The notes: a model not told the origin generated them from the letters alone. DNA of 64,000 nt from Terriglobia bacterium (GCA_963824985.1 CAWGRQ010000013.1:10630-74629), one strand, 5' to 3'; shown: positions 43,950 through 58,699, counted from the stretch's first letter. Made by a program: numbers and translations.

Positions 43950-44420
43950 ATGCCGAGGCGTAGAGAGGTACCAAAGCGGGAAACTCTGCCGGATCCCATA
44001 TACAGCAGCACGCTCATAACCAAATTCATCAGTTGCATGATGGTGGCGGGCAAAAAGAGCGTGGCGGAAAGCAACTTTTACGGCGCCCTGGATTCGATCC
44101 GGGACCGTACGAAGGAAGATCCGGTCAAGGTGTTCAAGAAGGCTATGGATGCCGTAAAGCCTGTGCTTGAGGTGAAATCGCGGCGTGTCGGTGGTGCCAC
44201 CTATCAGGTTCCCATTGAGGTTGCCCAGGACCGGCGCACCTCCCTGGCGATCCGCTGGCTCATCTCCAACGCCCGGGGCCGAAGCGAAAAAACCATGAGA
44301 GACAAGCTGGCCGCGGAGATTCTGGATGCCTCCAACAATCGCGGCGGCGCAATCAAGAAGAAGGAAGATACCCATCGCATGGCGGAGGCGAACAAGGCGT
44401 TCGCCCACTATCGTTGGTAA
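43950..44420 (+). CDS. rpsG: 30S ribosomal protein S7
   Basis: 156 aa. [18 protein letters not shown]... Confidence 0.95.
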   Translation: MPRRREVPKRETLPDPIYSSTLITKFISCMMVAGKKSVAESNFYGALDSIRDRTKEDPVKVFKKAMDAVKPVLEVKSRRVGGATYQVPIEVAQDRRTSLAIRWLISNARGRSEKTMRDKLAAEILDASNNRGGAIKKKEDTHRMAEANKAFAHYRW

Positions 44421-44434
44421 TGAGGTAGGATCCC

Positions 44435-46528
<2,094 letters not shown>

Positions 46529-46548
46529 GCAGGAGTCTGGAGGGTTCC

Positions 46549-47736
<1,188 letters not shown>

Positions 47737-47748
47737 CACTGGGAACCT

Positions 47749-48075
47749 ATGCTTAACGAAAAGATCAGAATACGGCTGAAAGCCTACGATTACAGAGTGT
47801 TGGACCAGTCGACATCGGAGATCGTGGATATTGCCAAGCGTACCGGCTCCCGCGTTTCGGGTCCGATCCCGCTGCCGACCGTGAAAAACAAGTTCTGCGT
47901 GCTTCGTTCGCCGCACGTGGACAAGAAATCGCGGGAGCAGTTCGAGATCCGCACCCATAAGCGGCTGGTTGATATTCTCGAGCCGACGCCCCAGACAGTC
48001 GATGCGTTGATGAAACTCGACCTGCCGGCGGCGATCGACGTGGAAATCAAGGCCTTTGGAACGGAACATAAGTAA
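47749..48075 (+). CDS. rpsJ: 30S ribosomal protein S10
   Basis: 108 aa. [29 protein letters not shown]...[13 protein letters not shown]. Confidence 0.95.
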   Translation: MLNEKIRIRLKAYDYRVLDQSTSEIVDIAKRTGSRVSGPIPLPTVKNKFCVLRSPHVDKKSREQFEIRTHKRLVDILEPTPQTVDALMKLDLPAAIDVEIKAFGTEHK

Positions 48076-48172
48076 AGAAAGGGAGGGGCCAGGTATGTGA
48101 TGGATTGCGGGATGACGAACCGCATTTTCTTCGTCATTCGGCAATCGTCATCCGGCCGGCCCGGTGACGCAC

Positions 48173-48802
48173 ATGGTCGATGGACTTATCGGAGTCAAGG
48201 TGGGGATGACTCAGATCTTCGAAGAGGATGGCAGGGTTGTTCCTGCTACAGTGATCAAGACCGGTCCCTGCATCGTGGTCCAGAAGAAAGTCAAAGAGAC
48301 CGATGGATACGATGCCGTGCAGCTGGGCCTGGTGGAGTTCATTCGTCCCTCGCGGGTGAAAAAGCCCCGCGCCGGCCACTTCAAGAAAGCCGAAGTGCCT
48401 CCGGTTCGAATTCTGAGAGAGTTCGGATTTGATGACGGCGAGGAGCCGGTCAAGGTGGGCGACCAGATCCTGGTTAACCAGGTATTCCGGGCGGCAGACG
48501 AGGTTGCGGTAACCGGCACGAGCAAGGGGCGCGGCTTTGCCGGTCTGATCAAGCGGCACCACTTCGCCGGCGGCGCCGCGAGTCATGGTTCCATGTTTCA
48601 TCGGGCGCCTGGATCCATCGGCGCTTCCGCATTCCCGAGCCGGGTGCTGCCCGGGATGCGTGCCGCGGGACACATGGGGAATGAGCGGGTGACCGTGAGG
48701 AACCTGCGCGTGGTGCGGGTTCAGGACCAGGACAACCTGCTGGTGGTCAGGGGCGCGGTTCCCGGACGAAATGGCGGATACGTAATCGTCACAAAGGCAT
48801 AG
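48173..48802 (+). CDS. rplC: 50S ribosomal protein L3
   Basis: [16 protein letters not shown]... The ATG at 48173 fits the usual L3 N-terminus; GTG at 48164 is an alternative. Confidence 0.9.
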   Translation: MVDGLIGVKVGMTQIFEEDGRVVPATVIKTGPCIVVQKKVKETDGYDAVQLGLVEFIRPSRVKKPRAGHFKKAEVPPVRILREFGFDDGEEPVKVGDQILVNQVFRAADEVAVTGTSKGRGFAGLIKRHHFAGGAASHGSMFHRAPGSIGASAFPSRVLPGMRAAGHMGNERVTVRNLRVVRVQDQDNLLVVRGAVPGRNGGYVIVTKA

Positions 48803-48848
48803 ATGCAAGATTCCCCGGCTGCACGGGGCGGGAAATCGAGGTTCAGGA

Positions 48849-49476
48849 ATGGCTGAGATTGAAGTAAAAAACCTCGCGAATGAGGTGATCGGCAAGCTGG
48901 AGCTTTCCGACGAAGTGTTCAAGGCCCCGGTGAATGAGCCGCTGATCTGGGAGGCGGTGAAGCATTACCAGGATTCGCTGCGCGCGGGGACCGCGGCGAC
49001 CAAGACCCGAGGCATGGTGCGCGGCAGCGGCAAGAAGCTCTGGCGCCAGAAGGGGACGGGCCGCGCCCGCATCGGCAGCGTCCGCAGCCCGCTATGGAGG
49101 CACGGGGGCACCGTCCATGGGCCACAGCCGCGAAGCTATGTGTACGCCTTTCCGCGCAAGAAGATCCGCGGTGCCCTCCGTTCCGCCCTGTCGGCGCGGT
49201 TCGGGGAAAACTGCCTGACGGTCGTCGATGCCTTTCAGCTGGAAGGGCCCAAGACCAAAGACCTGCAGAAGATCCTGCGGGGTTTCGGTGCGGGGCGCAA
49301 GATCCTGCTGATCGGACTCGAGTGCGGATCGCAACCTGGAACTATCGTCCCGAAACCTCCCCCGGGTGAAGGTCGTGCCGGGCCAGGGGGTGAATATCAA
49401 TGATATCGTCAACCACGAGCTGCTGATTTTTTCCAAAGATGCGATTCTGCAGGTGCAGGAGGTATTGAGCCGATGA
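48849..49476 (+). CDS. rplD: 50S ribosomal protein L4, split by an apparent 1-nt frameshift near 49320-49327
   Basis: Frame A reads canonical L4 to ...GRKILLIGLE, then CGSQPGTIVPKPPPGEGRAGPGGEYQ*. My translation of the next frame from 49327 gives [49 protein letters not shown], the canonical L4 C-terminus, ending in an ATGA overlap with rplW. Confidence 0.85.
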
Positions 49477-49766
49477 AGGAAGCATACAGCATCCTGAAAT
49501 TGCCGGTAATCACCGAGAAGAGCACCTTCCAGAAAGAGAAGCACCAGACTCTGACCTTCGAGGTCGCGCGCGATGCCAACAAGATCGACATCAAGAGCGC
49601 GGTGGAGAAGGTGTTTAAGGTGAAGGTCGCAAGCGTGCGCACTGCCAACTTTCACGGCAAGATGCGGCGCCAGGGGCGTTTCGCAGGCCGCAAGCCGGAC
49701 TGGAAGAAGGCCTACGTGACGTTGAAGAAGGGCGAAAAGATGTTTGAATTTTCCGAGATGGTTTGA
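49473..49766 (+). CDS. rplW: 50S ribosomal protein L23
   Basis: 97 aa. [11 protein letters not shown]... Confidence 0.95.
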   Translation: MKEAYSILKLPVITEKSTFQKEKHQTLTFEVARDANKIDIKSAVEKVFKVKVASVRTANFHGKMRRQGRFAGRKPDWKKAYVTLKKGEKMFEFSEMV

Positions 49767-49789
49767 TCTCGGCGGGAGTTGCGGTAACC

Positions 49790-50617
49790 ATGGCAATCAA
49801 GACATACAGGCCCACTTCGCCAGCGATTCGATTCCGGACCACTCTTGTTAATAAGGATCTGGCTACGAGCCGGCCCCTCAAGCGGCTGACGGAATCGAAA
49901 CGGAGAATCTCCGGGCGGAACAACAAGGGGCATCTCACTATCCGGCATCGGGGTGGGGCTCACAAGCGGCTGTACCGGGTCATGGACTTCCTCAGGGAAA
50001 AGAGGGACATCCCCGCGCGGGTCGCATCGATCGAGTACGATCCGAACCGTTCGGCGCGGATCGCCCTGCTGACTTACGCGGACGGCGAGAAGCGGTACAT
50101 TCTGGCCCCGCACGGATTGAAACCGGGCGCGACGGTGGTCGCGGGGGAGGGGGCGGACATCCTGGTGGGCAACGCCCTGCCGCTTAAGAACATCCCCCTG
50201 GGGACAATGATTCACAATATCGAGCTCAAGCAGGGGAAAGGCGGCCAGATGGCCCGATCCGCCGGAGTTGCCGCCCAGCTGCTCGCCAAGGAAGCCGGCT
50301 ATGCGCAAATCAAGATGCCGTCGGGCGAAACCCGCATGGTGCATCTCGACTGCTACGCCACCATCGGCCAGGTCGGCAATCTTGATCATGAGAACGTTTC
50401 GATCGGCAAAGCCGGACGATCGCGCTGGATGGGCTGGCGGCCGACGGTCCGGGGCGTGGCGATGAATCCCATCGACCACCCGCACGGCGGCGGTGAAGGC
50501 AAAACCTCGGGCGGGCGTCACCCGGTCAGTCCCTGGGGATTGCCGACCAAGGGCTACAAAACGCGCAACAATAAGCGAACCCAGCGTTTTATCATCAAGC
50601 GCCGGGGCAAGAGATAG
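49790..50617 (+). CDS. rplB: 50S ribosomal protein L2
   Basis: [15 protein letters not shown]... from the ATG at 49790. [19 protein letters not shown]-like block. Confidence 0.95.
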   Translation: MAIKTYRPTSPAIRFRTTLVNKDLATSRPLKRLTESKRRISGRNNKGHLTIRHRGGAHKRLYRVMDFLREKRDIPARVASIEYDPNRSARIALLTYADGEKRYILAPHGLKPGATVVAGEGADILVGNALPLKNIPLGTMIHNIELKQGKGGQMARSAGVAAQLLAKEAGYAQIKMPSGETRMVHLDCYATIGQVGNLDHENVSIGKAGRSRWMGWRPTVRGVAMNPIDHPHGGGEGKTSGGRHPVSPWGLPTKGYKTRNNKRTQRFIIKRRGKR

Positions 50618-50629
50618 GCGGAGCGTGGT

Positions 50630-50920
50630 ATGGCAAGATCGGTGAAAAAGGGCCCGTTTGTGGATGATCACCTAATCAAAAAGGTGCGGGCGTTCAGTTC
50701 GGCGACCAGCCGCACGGTCATCAAGACATGGTCGCGGCGCTCGACGATCACGCCGGAGATGGTGGGCTCCACCATCGCCGTACACAACGGGAAAAAGTTC
50801 ATCCCGATTTACATTTCGGAAAACATGGTGAGCCACAAGCTGGGCGAGTTCGCGCCCACACGCATATTTAAGGGGCACACCACCAAGGTCGCAGAGAAAG
50901 CGACCGCCGTCAAGACGTAG
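50630..50920 (+). CDS. rpsS: 30S ribosomal protein S19
   Basis: 96 aa. [15 protein letters not shown]... Confidence 0.95.
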   Translation: MARSVKKGPFVDDHLIKKVRAFSSATSRTVIKTWSRRSTITPEMVGSTIAVHNGKKFIPIYISENMVSHKLGEFAPTRIFKGHTTKVAEKATAVKT

Positions 50921-51080
50921 GGAATGTTGGGCGGCGCCCGGCATGCCCGGCGACGGGGGCGAGCGCGGTCCGCGGAATCGACAGCAGGAAAGGGAAAGTG
51001 CACGGCAGGCTTTCAGCGACGGCGGCCCCTCGGGATCGTCGCGCCACCCGGCCCGCCGGTCACGGCCAACTGGATTCGAT

Positions 51081-51434
51081 ATGGAAGCAAAGGCGAGAGG
51101 AAAATATCTTAAAGGGTCGCCGCAGAAGGCTCGCTTGGTGATCGATCTCATTCGCGGCAGGAATGTCCAGGAGGCGCTGGCGATCCTGAAGTTCACGAAG
51201 AAGCGCGCCACGCGACCCATTGAGAAAGTTCTGCTCTCCGCGGTGGCGAATGCCAAGGAGAAGAACGCGACAGCGGATGTCGACACATTCATCGTGCATC
51301 GTGCCGTGGTGGACTCGGGTCCGACCAAGTGGCGCCGCCGGGTTCGCCCTGCCCCCATGGGGCGGGCCTACCGTCAGCAGCGCCGCTACAAGCACATCTC
51401 GATCACGATCAAAGGCAAAGACATAGAGGAGTAA
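51081..51434 (+). CDS. rplV: 50S ribosomal protein L22
   Basis: MEAKARGKYLKGSPQKARLVIDLIRG... The in-frame upstream ATG at 50943 would add a 46-aa basic extension and is considered less likely. Confidence 0.85.
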   Translation: MEAKARGKYLKGSPQKARLVIDLIRGRNVQEALAILKFTKKRATRPIEKVLLSAVANAKEKNATADVDTFIVHRAVVDSGPTKWRRRVRPAPMGRAYRQQRRYKHISITIKGKDIEE

Positions 51435-51446
51435 GGAGGTACCCCC

Positions 51447-52097
51447 TTGGGTCAGAAAGTTCATCCTTACGGTTTTCGGCTCGGCATCAACCGGACATGG
51501 CGCTCGCGCTGGTTTGCGCGCAAGGACTATGGAGCCCTGCTGCACGAGGACCTAAACTTGAAGGTCATGCTCAAAAAGAAGTTCGCGCATGCAGGTGTGT
51601 CGCGGGTCGAAGTCGAACGGGCGGCCAATAAGCTCACGATCATCATTTTCACCTCCCGCCCCGGCATTATCGTCGGGAAGAAGGGGACCGAGATCGAGAA
51701 GCTGAAAAAGGATCTGCAGGTTCTTACCGGCCGTGACATCAACCTCAAGATCCAGGAGGTGAATAAGCCGGAGCTCGACGCGCAGCTGGTGTCTGAGGGG
51801 ATCGCGCAGCAGTTGGAAAAGCGCATCGCCTTCCGGCGCGCCATGCGCCGGGCCGTCGATTCCACCCTGCGCTTCGGCGCCAAAGGGATCAAGGTGCGGA
51901 CCGCGGGCCGGCTAAACGGCGCGGAGATCGCACGCACGGAATGGTACCTGCATGGGCAGCTCCCCTTGCATACGATTCGTGCCGACATCGACTATGGTTT
52001 CGCCGAGGCAAACACCACGTACGGCGTGATCGGCGTCAAGGTCTGGATCTATAAGGGCGAGGTTTTCGAAATGCAGAAGCCCGAGCTCGGGCGGTGA
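51447..52097 (+). CDS. rpsC: 30S ribosomal protein S3
   Basis: (M)[12 protein letters not shown]..., KH domain. TTG start. Confidence 0.95.
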   Translation: MGQKVHPYGFRLGINRTWRSRWFARKDYGALLHEDLNLKVMLKKKFAHAGVSRVEVERAANKLTIIIFTSRPGIIVGKKGTEIEKLKKDLQVLTGRDINLKIQEVNKPELDAQLVSEGIAQQLEKRIAFRRAMRRAVDSTLRFGAKGIKVRTAGRLNGAEIARTEWYLHGQLPLHTIRADIDYGFAEANTTYGVIGVKVWIYKGEVFEMQKPELGR

Positions 52098-52121
52098 TGT
52101 GTTTAGCGGGAGCAGAAGTAC

Positions 52122-52544
52122 ATGTTGATGCCGAAGAAGGTAAAATTTCGTAAGCAGCAGAAAGGCAAGCGGCGCGGCAAGGCGTGGCGGGGCTCGGAGG
52201 TCACCTTCGGAGACTACGGCCTGAAGGCGCTGGAGTCGGGGTGGGTGACCGACCGCCAGATCGAGGCGGGGCGCGTGGCCATCACCCGCTTCATCAAGCG
52301 CGGCGGCAAGATCTGGATTCGGGTGTTTCCCGACAAGCCGATCACCAAGAAGCCCGCGGAAACCCGTATGGGGAAGGGCAAAGGCGCCCCGGAAGGCTGG
52401 GTTGCCGTGGTTCGCCCCGGCAAGATCATCTACGAAATGGAAGGGGTGGATGAGAGCGTCGCCCGGGAGGCCTTGCGGCTGGCGGCGCACAAAATGGCTG
52501 TCAAGGCTAAGTTCGTGAAACGTTTCGGCATGGAGGAGGCATGA
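52122..52544 (+). CDS. rplP: 50S ribosomal protein L16
   Basis: 140 aa. [15 protein letters not shown]... Confidence 0.95.
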   Translation: MLMPKKVKFRKQQKGKRRGKAWRGSEVTFGDYGLKALESGWVTDRQIEAGRVAITRFIKRGGKIWIRVFPDKPITKKPAETRMGKGKGAPEGWVAVVRPGKIIYEMEGVDESVAREALRLAAHKMAVKAKFVKRFGMEEA

Positions 52545-52762
52545 AAGCTTCCCAGATGAGAGAAATGTCCAGGGAGGACCTGGTGCTGGAAGAAGCCGAG
52601 CTGCGCGAGCAGCTGTTCAAACTCCGCTTCCAGGCGGCGACCGGGCAGCTCGAGAGCGCGTCCCGCGTCAACAGCGTGCGCAAGGATATCGCACGCGTCC
52701 AGACTGTCCTTCGAGAAATGGAGCTGGCGGAAGTGGCCAAGAAACAAGGGGCAGGAAAATGA
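52541..52762 (+). CDS. rpmC: 50S ribosomal protein L29
   Basis: 73 aa. ...[24 protein letters not shown] overlap with rplP. Confidence 0.9.
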   Translation: MKASQMREMSREDLVLEEAELREQLFKLRFQAATGQLESASRVNSVRKDIARVQTVLREMELAEVAKKQGAGK

Positions 52763-53031
52763 CGAACGCGAACGAGAACAAGCGGGGCATTCGTAAGGCG
52801 CAGGTGGGAGTCGTCATAAGCGCCGCAATGCAGAAGACGGTAACCGTCGCGGTTGACAGGCTCGTCCGGCACCCGCTTTACAAGAAGACGTTGCGGAAAA
52901 CATCAACATTCCTGGCCCATGATGAGAACAGCTCCTGTGGGGTCGGGGATCGGGTACGCATCGTGGAAACCCGCCCGCTGAGTGCACGAAAACGCTGGCG
53001 GGTCACGGAAATCCTGTCCAAAGCTACCTAA
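52759..53031 (+). CDS. rpsQ: 30S ribosomal protein S17
   Basis: 90 aa. GVVISAAMQKTVTVAVDRLVRHPLYKKTLRKTSTFLAHDE. Confidence 0.95.
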   Translation: MTNANENKRGIRKAQVGVVISAAMQKTVTVAVDRLVRHPLYKKTLRKTSTFLAHDENSSCGVGDRVRIVETRPLSARKRWRVTEILSKAT

Positions 53032-53107
53032 ACCGGCGGAAACCGGATCGCGGACAACGCCGTCCGGATGCGGAATGCGGGGCCAGAACAGGTGAGGTAA
53101 TGCAGCC

Positions 53108-53476
53108 ATGATACAGATGCGAACAATCTTGGAGGTGGCGGACAATTCGGGAGCCCGAAGGATCTCCTGCATTCTGCCGCTGGGAAACCAGGTGGGGCAC
53201 GTTGCCAGCCTGGGAGACATCATTACCGCGAACGTGAAGGAGGCATCTCCCGACGGCAGCGTGAAGAAGGGCGATGTGGTCAAAGCCGTGGTCGTGCGCA
53301 CGCGCAAGGAGTACCGGCGCAAGGACGGCACCTATATCCGCTTTGACGACAATGCCGCGGTGCTCATCAACGATCAGAAAGAACCGATCGGAACGCGCGT
53401 TTTCGGTCCGGTAAGCCGCGAACTCAGAGAACGGGACTTTTTGAAGATTGTGTCGCTGGCTCCGGAAGTCATCTAG
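53108..53476 (+). CDS. rplN: 50S ribosomal protein L14
   Basis: 122 aa. [17 protein letters not shown]... Confidence 0.95.
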   Translation: MIQMRTILEVADNSGARRISCILPLGNQVGHVASLGDIITANVKEASPDGSVKKGDVVKAVVVRTRKEYRRKDGTYIRFDDNAAVLINDQKEPIGTRVFGPVSRELRERDFLKIVSLAPEVI

Positions 53477-53502
53477 TGGCGGTCGAGCGAGGATCCGAAG
53501 CA

Positions 53503-53829
53503 ATGAACAAGGTGCATATCAAGAAGAACGATCAGGTTTATGTCCTGCTGGGTAAGGACCGGGGCAAGACCGGCAAAGTCCTCAGGGTCTTTCCGGACAA
53601 GAACCGGGCCATCGTGGAAGGGCTGAACTTCATTCAGAAGCACACCCGGCCGAATCCGCAGAAGAATGTCAAGGGCGGCATCCTGCCCAAGGAATCTGCG
53701 ATCCACCTGTCGAATCTGATGGTGGTGTGTAAGCGCTGCAACAAGCGCTCGCGGATTGGATTCAGCGAGCTGCAGGATGGGCGTAAGGCCAGGGTTTGCA
53801 AAAAATGCAACGAGTTATTGGATGAGTAA
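53503..53829 (+). CDS. rplX: 50S ribosomal protein L24 (CxxC...CxxC form)
   Basis: [29 protein letters not shown]... C-terminal [12 protein letters not shown]...RVCKKCNE. Confidence 0.9.
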   Translation: MNKVHIKKNDQVYVLLGKDRGKTGKVLRVFPDKNRAIVEGLNFIQKHTRPNPQKNVKGGILPKESAIHLSNLMVVCKRCNKRSRIGFSELQDGRKARVCKKCNELLDE

Positions 53830-53843
53830 AGGCGTATTCAGCC

Positions 53844-54398
53844 ATGAGTAGATTGCGCGATTTCTACAAGAATGAAGCGGTGCCCGCCCTGACACGGCAG
53901 TTTAAGTACACCAACGTGATGGCGGTGCCCCGGATGATCAAGATCAACGTCAACATGGGGCTCGGCGAGGCCATCGCCAATGCCAAGATACTCGACACCG
54001 CCGCCGAAGAGCTGGCGTCGATCACCGGGCAGCGGTCCGTGGTCACCAAGGCCAAGAAGTCGATTGCGGCCTTCAAACTGCGCCAGGGGATGCCGATCGG
54101 AGTCACCGTCACATTGCGCGGCGACCGCATGTACGAGTTCTTCGACCGGCTGGTTAATGCCGCCCTGCCGCGCGTGCGCGATTTCCGCGGGGTGCCGTCG
54201 CGCTCCTTCGACGGGCGCGGGAACTACACGCTCGGACTGCGCGATCAGCTGATCTTCCCCGAGATCGATTACGGAAAGGTCGACAAGGCGCGCGGCATGA
54301 ACATTACGATCGTTACCACCGCGAAGAGCGACGATGAGGCCTTCGCGCTGCTGACCCTGATGGGAATGCCCTTTGCAAAAAGGGAACAACAGTCTTAA
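53844..54398 (+). CDS. rplE: 50S ribosomal protein L5
   Basis: 184 aa. [16 protein letters not shown]... Confidence 0.95.
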   Translation: MSRLRDFYKNEAVPALTRQFKYTNVMAVPRMIKINVNMGLGEAIANAKILDTAAEELASITGQRSVVTKAKKSIAAFKLRQGMPIGVTVTLRGDRMYEFFDRLVNAALPRVRDFRGVPSRSFDGRGNYTLGLRDQLIFPEIDYGKVDKARGMNITIVTTAKSDDEAFALLTLMGMPFAKREQQS

Positions 54399-54434
54399 GA
54401 ATGCTGGCGGGACGCCGCCTGATGAGGAGTGATC

Positions 54435-54620
54435 GTGGCAAAAACGTGTTTACGGGCCAAGGCCAAGCGCGAACCCAAGTTCAAAGTGCGGGGCTATACC
54501 CGCTGCCTGCGCTGCGGCCGGCCTCGGGGAGTGTACAGGAAATTCCAGCTCTGTCGCATCTGCTTCCGGAACCTGGCGCTGTCAGGGGAAATTCCGGGCG
54601 TTACGAAGTCGAGCTGGTAG
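54435..54620 (+). CDS. rpsN: 30S ribosomal protein S14 type Z (zinc-binding, 61 aa)
   Basis: (M)[47 protein letters not shown] at 54435 with GAGGAG 5 nt upstream. Confidence 0.9.
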   Translation: MAKTCLRAKAKREPKFKVRGYTRCLRCGRPRGVYRKFQLCRICFRNLALSGEIPGVTKSSW

Positions 54621-54696
54621 AGAGCGGGCAGACTGCCGAATCCGGTGCTTTTGTTCCGGACACGGTGGAACCGGCCCCGGCTGGAGAGTTGAACCT

Positions 54697-55095
54697 ATGA
54701 CTATGACCGATCCGATCGCCGATCTGCTGACCCGGATTCGCAACGCCATCGCATCGAAGCACGAGGCGGTCGATATTCCGTTATCGAAGATGAAACTGGA
54801 AATCGTCCGGATTCTGAAGGAAGAAGGATATGTCTCCAATTATGCGGTTACTCCCGACGATAAGCAGGGCGTGATCCGCATCCACCTGCGCTATGCGGCG
54901 GGCAAGGTGCCCGTGATCAGTTCCCTGACCCGGGTCAGCCGCCCGGGGTGCCGGGTTTACGCCGGCAAATCCCGCATCCCGACCGTCCTGGGCGGCATGG
55001 GGGTCTGCGTGGTGTCGACCTCACAGGGGCTGCTGACCGGGAAGCAGGCACAGGAAAAGGGGCTCGGCGGAGAAGTGCTCTGCACGATCAGCTGA
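54697..55095 (+). CDS. rpsH: 30S ribosomal protein S8
   Basis: 132 aa. MTMTDPIADLLTRIRNA... Confidence 0.95.
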   Translation: MTMTDPIADLLTRIRNAIASKHEAVDIPLSKMKLEIVRILKEEGYVSNYAVTPDDKQGVIRIHLRYAAGKVPVISSLTRVSRPGCRVYAGKSRIPTVLGGMGVCVVSTSQGLLTGKQAQEKGLGGEVLCTIS

Positions 55096-55130
55096 GGACC
55101 AGGATTGGATTGCAACGGTAAAGGTGTGCT

Positions 55131-55691
55131 ATGTCTCGAGTTGGTAAAAAACCGATAAAGATACCCAGCGGCGTCAAGGTTGCGATCAAGGACGGCGTGG
55201 TGGAAGTCCAGAATAAGACGCTCAAGCTCTCCAGTCCGATTCCGCCCGGCATCCACTTCAAGCTGGAAGGCGATGAACTGTTGGCCCTGCGCGATTCAGA
55301 TGAGAAGCCGCTGCCGGCTTATCATGGCTTGGCCCGGGCCCTGGCTGCCAATAACGTGATTGGTGTCACCCAAGGCTTCACCCGCACGCTCGATATTGTC
55401 GGTATCGGGTTCAAGGCCGATGCCAAGGCAAAGGCCGTCACGTTCAGCTTGGGATATTCGCATCCGATCGAATTCCCGATCCCGGAAGGCATCACGATCA
55501 AGGTCGAGCGCCAGCCGCGGTCGATCCAGAATTATGTCGCCACGGTTACCATTTCCGGAGCGGATCGCCAGTTGGTCGGGCAGGTGGCTGCGGACATTCG
55601 CGCTCTGCGCCGGCCGGACGCTTATAAGGGCAAGGGTATCCGCTACACCAATGAGACGATTCGGCTCAAGGTAGGAAAGAAGGGTGCATAA
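55131..55691 (+). CDS. rplF: 50S ribosomal protein L6
   Basis: 186 aa. [17 protein letters not shown]... Confidence 0.95.
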   Translation: MSRVGKKPIKIPSGVKVAIKDGVVEVQNKTLKLSSPIPPGIHFKLEGDELLALRDSDEKPLPAYHGLARALAANNVIGVTQGFTRTLDIVGIGFKADAKAKAVTFSLGYSHPIEFPIPEGITIKVERQPRSIQNYVATVTISGADRQLVGQVAADIRALRRPDAYKGKGIRYTNETIRLKVGKKGA

Positions 55692-56059
55692 TGATTACTC
55701 CTATTGATCGCGTCCAGGAGCGCTCCAGGATTCATCAGAGAATTCGCCGAAAGCTGAGCGGCACCGGAAACCGGCCGCGATTGTGCGTGTTTCGCAGCCT
55801 GGCTCATATTTACGCACAGGTGGTCGACGATCTGACGGGCAAGACTCTGGTTTCGGCCTCGACGCTCGAGACCGAAGTGGGCGGCGACAAAAAGCGGGCG
55901 GGCAACATCGGGGCGGCAAAACTGGTCGGAAAAACCGTGGCGGAGCGAGCAAAGGCCAAAGGGATCGAAGCGGTGGTTTTTGATCGCGGGGGATACCTGT
56001 ACCACGGCCGGGTAAAGGCGTTGGCGGAAGCGGCCCGCGAAAGCGGATTGAAGTTTTAG
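55691..56059 (+). CDS. rplR: 50S ribosomal protein L18
   Basis: 122 aa. ...[20 protein letters not shown]...[28 protein letters not shown]. Confidence 0.95.
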   Translation: MITPIDRVQERSRIHQRIRRKLSGTGNRPRLCVFRSLAHIYAQVVDDLTGKTLVSASTLETEVGGDKKRAGNIGAAKLVGKTVAERAKAKGIEAVVFDRGGYLYHGRVKALAEAARESGLKF

Positions 56060-56068
56060 GAGGATCGC

Positions 56069-56563
56069 TTGGAAAAGATCGATGTAGGCGGCCAGGAGTT
56101 GAAGGACCAGGTGGTGTCCATCAACCGCGTTACCAAGGTGGTAAAAGGGGGCAAAAACCTGAGTTTCAGCGCCCTCGTGGTGGTTGGCGACCAGAACGGC
56201 CTGGTCGGGTACGGCATGGGCAAGGCCAAGGAGGTTCCCCAGGCCATCAAGAAGGGAGTGGAACAGGCGCGCAAAAACCTGATCCGGGTCCCCCTGAAAG
56301 GCCGCACGATCCCCCACGCCATCGTCGGGCGCTTTGGCGCCGGGAGGGTGATGCTCAAGCCGGCGTCGGAAGGGACCGGCGTCATTGCCGGAGGGGCGGT
56401 GCGGGCCGTGGTTCAATCGGCCGGGATTTCCAACATCCTGACCAAGTCGCTGGGCAGCACCAACCCGCACAATGTGGTCAAAGCAACCTTCGAAGGCCTG
56501 AAAAACCTCAAGGAGGCCGCCGCGGTCGCAAAGCTGCGCGGCAAGCAGGTCGAGGAAATATAA
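56069..56563 (+). CDS. rpsE: 30S ribosomal protein S5
   Basis: 164 aa. [27 protein letters not shown] start. Confidence 0.95.
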   Translation: MEKIDVGGQELKDQVVSINRVTKVVKGGKNLSFSALVVVGDQNGLVGYGMGKAKEVPQAIKKGVEQARKNLIRVPLKGRTIPHAIVGRFGAGRVMLKPASEGTGVIAGGAVRAVVQSAGISNILTKSLGSTNPHNVVKATFEGLKNLKEAAAVAKLRGKQVEEI

Positions 56564-56566
56564 ATT

Positions 56567-56791
56567 ATGGATGGCAAGAAGCATAACGAACCCGCCGAGG
56601 GAGCGACCCTGCGCATCAAGTACTACCGAAGTGCGATCGGGACGCCCGGCAAACACAAGCTGATCATTAAGAGCCTCGGTTTTAAGCGCCTCAATCAGGT
56701 GGTGACCCGTGTGGACACGCCCGCCGTTCGTGGGATGGTGGCGCAGGTGCCCCACCTGGTCACGATTGTGGTTTCGGAACAGGGTGAATGA
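56567..56791 (+). CDS. rpmD: 50S ribosomal protein L30
   Basis: 74 aa. [30 protein letters not shown]. Confidence 0.9.
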   Translation: MDGKKHNEPAEGATLRIKYYRSAIGTPGKHKLIIKSLGFKRLNQVVTRVDTPAVRGMVAQVPHLVTIVVSEQGE

Positions 56792-57246
56792 CGATGGCAC
56801 TGACATTGAACACTTTATCTCCGGTCCGGGGAGCGAATCGCAAGCCGAAGCGCGTCGGGCGCGGTATCGGCAGCGGTCACCCAAAAACCGCCACGAGGGG
56901 CCACAAGGGGCAGAAGTCGCGCTCCGGGTCCTCCATTCGCCCCGGTTTCGAAGGCGGCCAGATGCCCTTGCATCGGCGTTTGCCCAAGCGCGGCTTTCAC
57001 AACATCTTCCGCAAGGAATTTGCCATTGTGAACCTGGAAAGCCTCGCCGAATTCCCGGCCGGTGCAGCTGTCGACCCGGCGATCCTGGTTGAGAAAGGAA
57101 TCGTCCGCAAGGCGAAGGACGGCATCAAAATATTGGGTTCAGGGGAACTGGCGCACGCGCTGCATGTGCGCACGCACCGGATCAGCAAAAGCGCGATGGA
57201 GAAGATTCAAAAGGCAGGTGGCACGGTGGAGATGATCGCCGGCTAG
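56788..57246 (+). CDS. rplO: 50S ribosomal protein L15
   Basis: 152 aa. ...[27 protein letters not shown]. Confidence 0.95.
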   Translation: MTMALTLNTLSPVRGANRKPKRVGRGIGSGHPKTATRGHKGQKSRSGSSIRPGFEGGQMPLHRRLPKRGFHNIFRKEFAIVNLESLAEFPAGAAVDPAILVEKGIVRKAKDGIKILGSGELAHALHVRTHRISKSAMEKIQKAGGTVEMIAG

Positions 57247-57283
57247 TTCGTTTTTCCGGCACAGACCGAACGGTTGAAAAACA

Positions 57284-58699
57284 ATGCCAGATGACAAAAG
57301 TCCGATTCTAAGTTCGATACTCAACATCGCCAGCATTCCGGACCTGCGCAGGCGGGTCTTGTTCATGCTCGGGCTGCTTGCCGTCTATCGCCTCGGTGCG
57401 TTCATTCCCACGCCGGGCATCAACCACGAGGCCCTGGAGACCCTGTTTGCCTCGCAATCGGGAACCATCTTCGGTTTCCTGGACATCTTCTCGGGGGGCA
57501 ACCTGAGGCGCTTCAGCATCTTCGCCCTCGGCATCATGCCCTATATCACGGCATCGATCATTCTGCAGCTGGCGACCGTCGTCGTCCCTTACCTGGAGAA
57601 GCTCTCCAAGGAAGGCGAACTCGGGCGGAAAAAGATCACCCAGTACACGCGCTATCTGACCGTGGTGCTGACGCTGTTCCAGGGATTCATGACCGCCGTT
57701 GCGCTCGAAAAATCGGGAGGGGGCGGCGCCGGATCCATCGTGCTGAATCCCGGCTGGGGTTTCCGGTTCATGGTCATGATCACGCTGACGACCGGAACCG
57801 CATTCATCATGTGGGTGGGCGAGCAGATCACCGAGCGGGGGATCGGCAACGGGATAAGCCTGATCATTTTTGCCGGCATCGTCGTGGGCCTGCCCCACGC
57901 GATCCTGACGATGATCCAAAACGTACAGCAGCGGACCTGGTCGCTCTTTACGGTGATCATCCTGCTCATCGTGATGATCGTCACCGTGGCGGCGGTCGTG
58001 TTCGTGGAACGGGGGCAGCGGAAGATTCCGGTTCAGTATGCCAAGCGCGTCGTGGGGCGCCGGGTCTACGGCGGCCAGGCGACGCACCTGCCGTTGCGCG
58101 TCAACTCGGGAGGCGTAATCCCGGTCATCTTCGCCGCATCCATCGTTTCCATCCCTTCGACGCTCGGCGTCGTGTTCCCGCAGACGTTCCTGCGCACATT
58201 GTCGCAGCAGCTTGCACAGGGGATGCCGCTCTATAACCTGCTGTATGTTGCCGGGATCATCTTTTTCGCCTTCTTCTATGTCAGCATCATTTTCAATCCG
58301 ATGGAAGTGGCCGACAACATCCGGAAATATGGCGGGTACATTCCCGGCATCAGGCCCGGCAAAAGGACCGCGGAGCACATTGACCGGATCCTGAGCCGGC
58401 TCACGGCCGCCGGGGCCATATATCTGGTGCTGGTCTGCCTCCTGCCGGAATTTCTGATCACCGGATTCAAGGTCCAGCCGCTCCCCTGGATTGGCCCCTC
58501 GCTGGACAACTGGCTGACGGCCGGCGGACTGAGCTGGATCACCACCGGGCTGGGGGTGACCTTCTATTTCGGCGGCACGTCGCTGTTGATCGTGGTCGGC
58601 GTAGCCATGGACACGGTGCAGCAGATTGAGTCCCAGTTGATCATGCGTCACTACGACGGATTTTTGCGGAAGGGTCGCATTCGCGGCCGGAGAGGATAA
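57284..58699 (+). CDS. secY: preprotein translocase subunit SecY
   Basis: 471 aa with 10 hydrophobic segments. GIMPYITASIILQL. Confidence 0.95.
   Translation: MPDDKSPILSSILNIASIPDLRRRVLFMLGLLAVYRLGAFIPTPGINHEALETLFASQSGTIFGFLDIFSGGNLRRFSIFALGIMPYITASIILQLATVVVPYLEKLSKEGELGRKKITQYTRYLTVVLTLFQGFMTAVALEKSGGGGAGSIVLNPGWGFRFMVMITLTTGTAFIMWVGEQITERGIGNGISLIIFAGIVVGLPHAILTMIQNVQQRTWSLFTVIILLIVMIVTVAAVVFVERGQRKIPVQYAKRVVGRRVYGGQATHLPLRVNSGGVIPVIFAASIVSIPSTLGVVFPQTFLRTLSQQLAQGMPLYNLLYVAGIIFFAFFYVSIIFNPMEVADNIRKYGGYIPGIRPGKRTAEHIDRILSRLTAAGAIYLVLVCLLPEFLITGFKVQPLPWIGPSLDNWLTAGGLSWITTGLGVTFYFGGTSLLIVVGVAMDTVQQIESQLIMRHYDGFLRKGRIRGRRG

Noticed and set aside
53503-53829. CxxC...CxxC zinc-ribbon-like motif in L24 as a possible novelty
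   Set aside because: The same arrangement is present in Thermus-type L24 as I recall it, so it is a known variant.
55643-56884. 413-aa minus-strand ORF opposite rplR, rpsE and rpmD
   Set aside because: A shadow ORF across several clearly coding r-protein genes.
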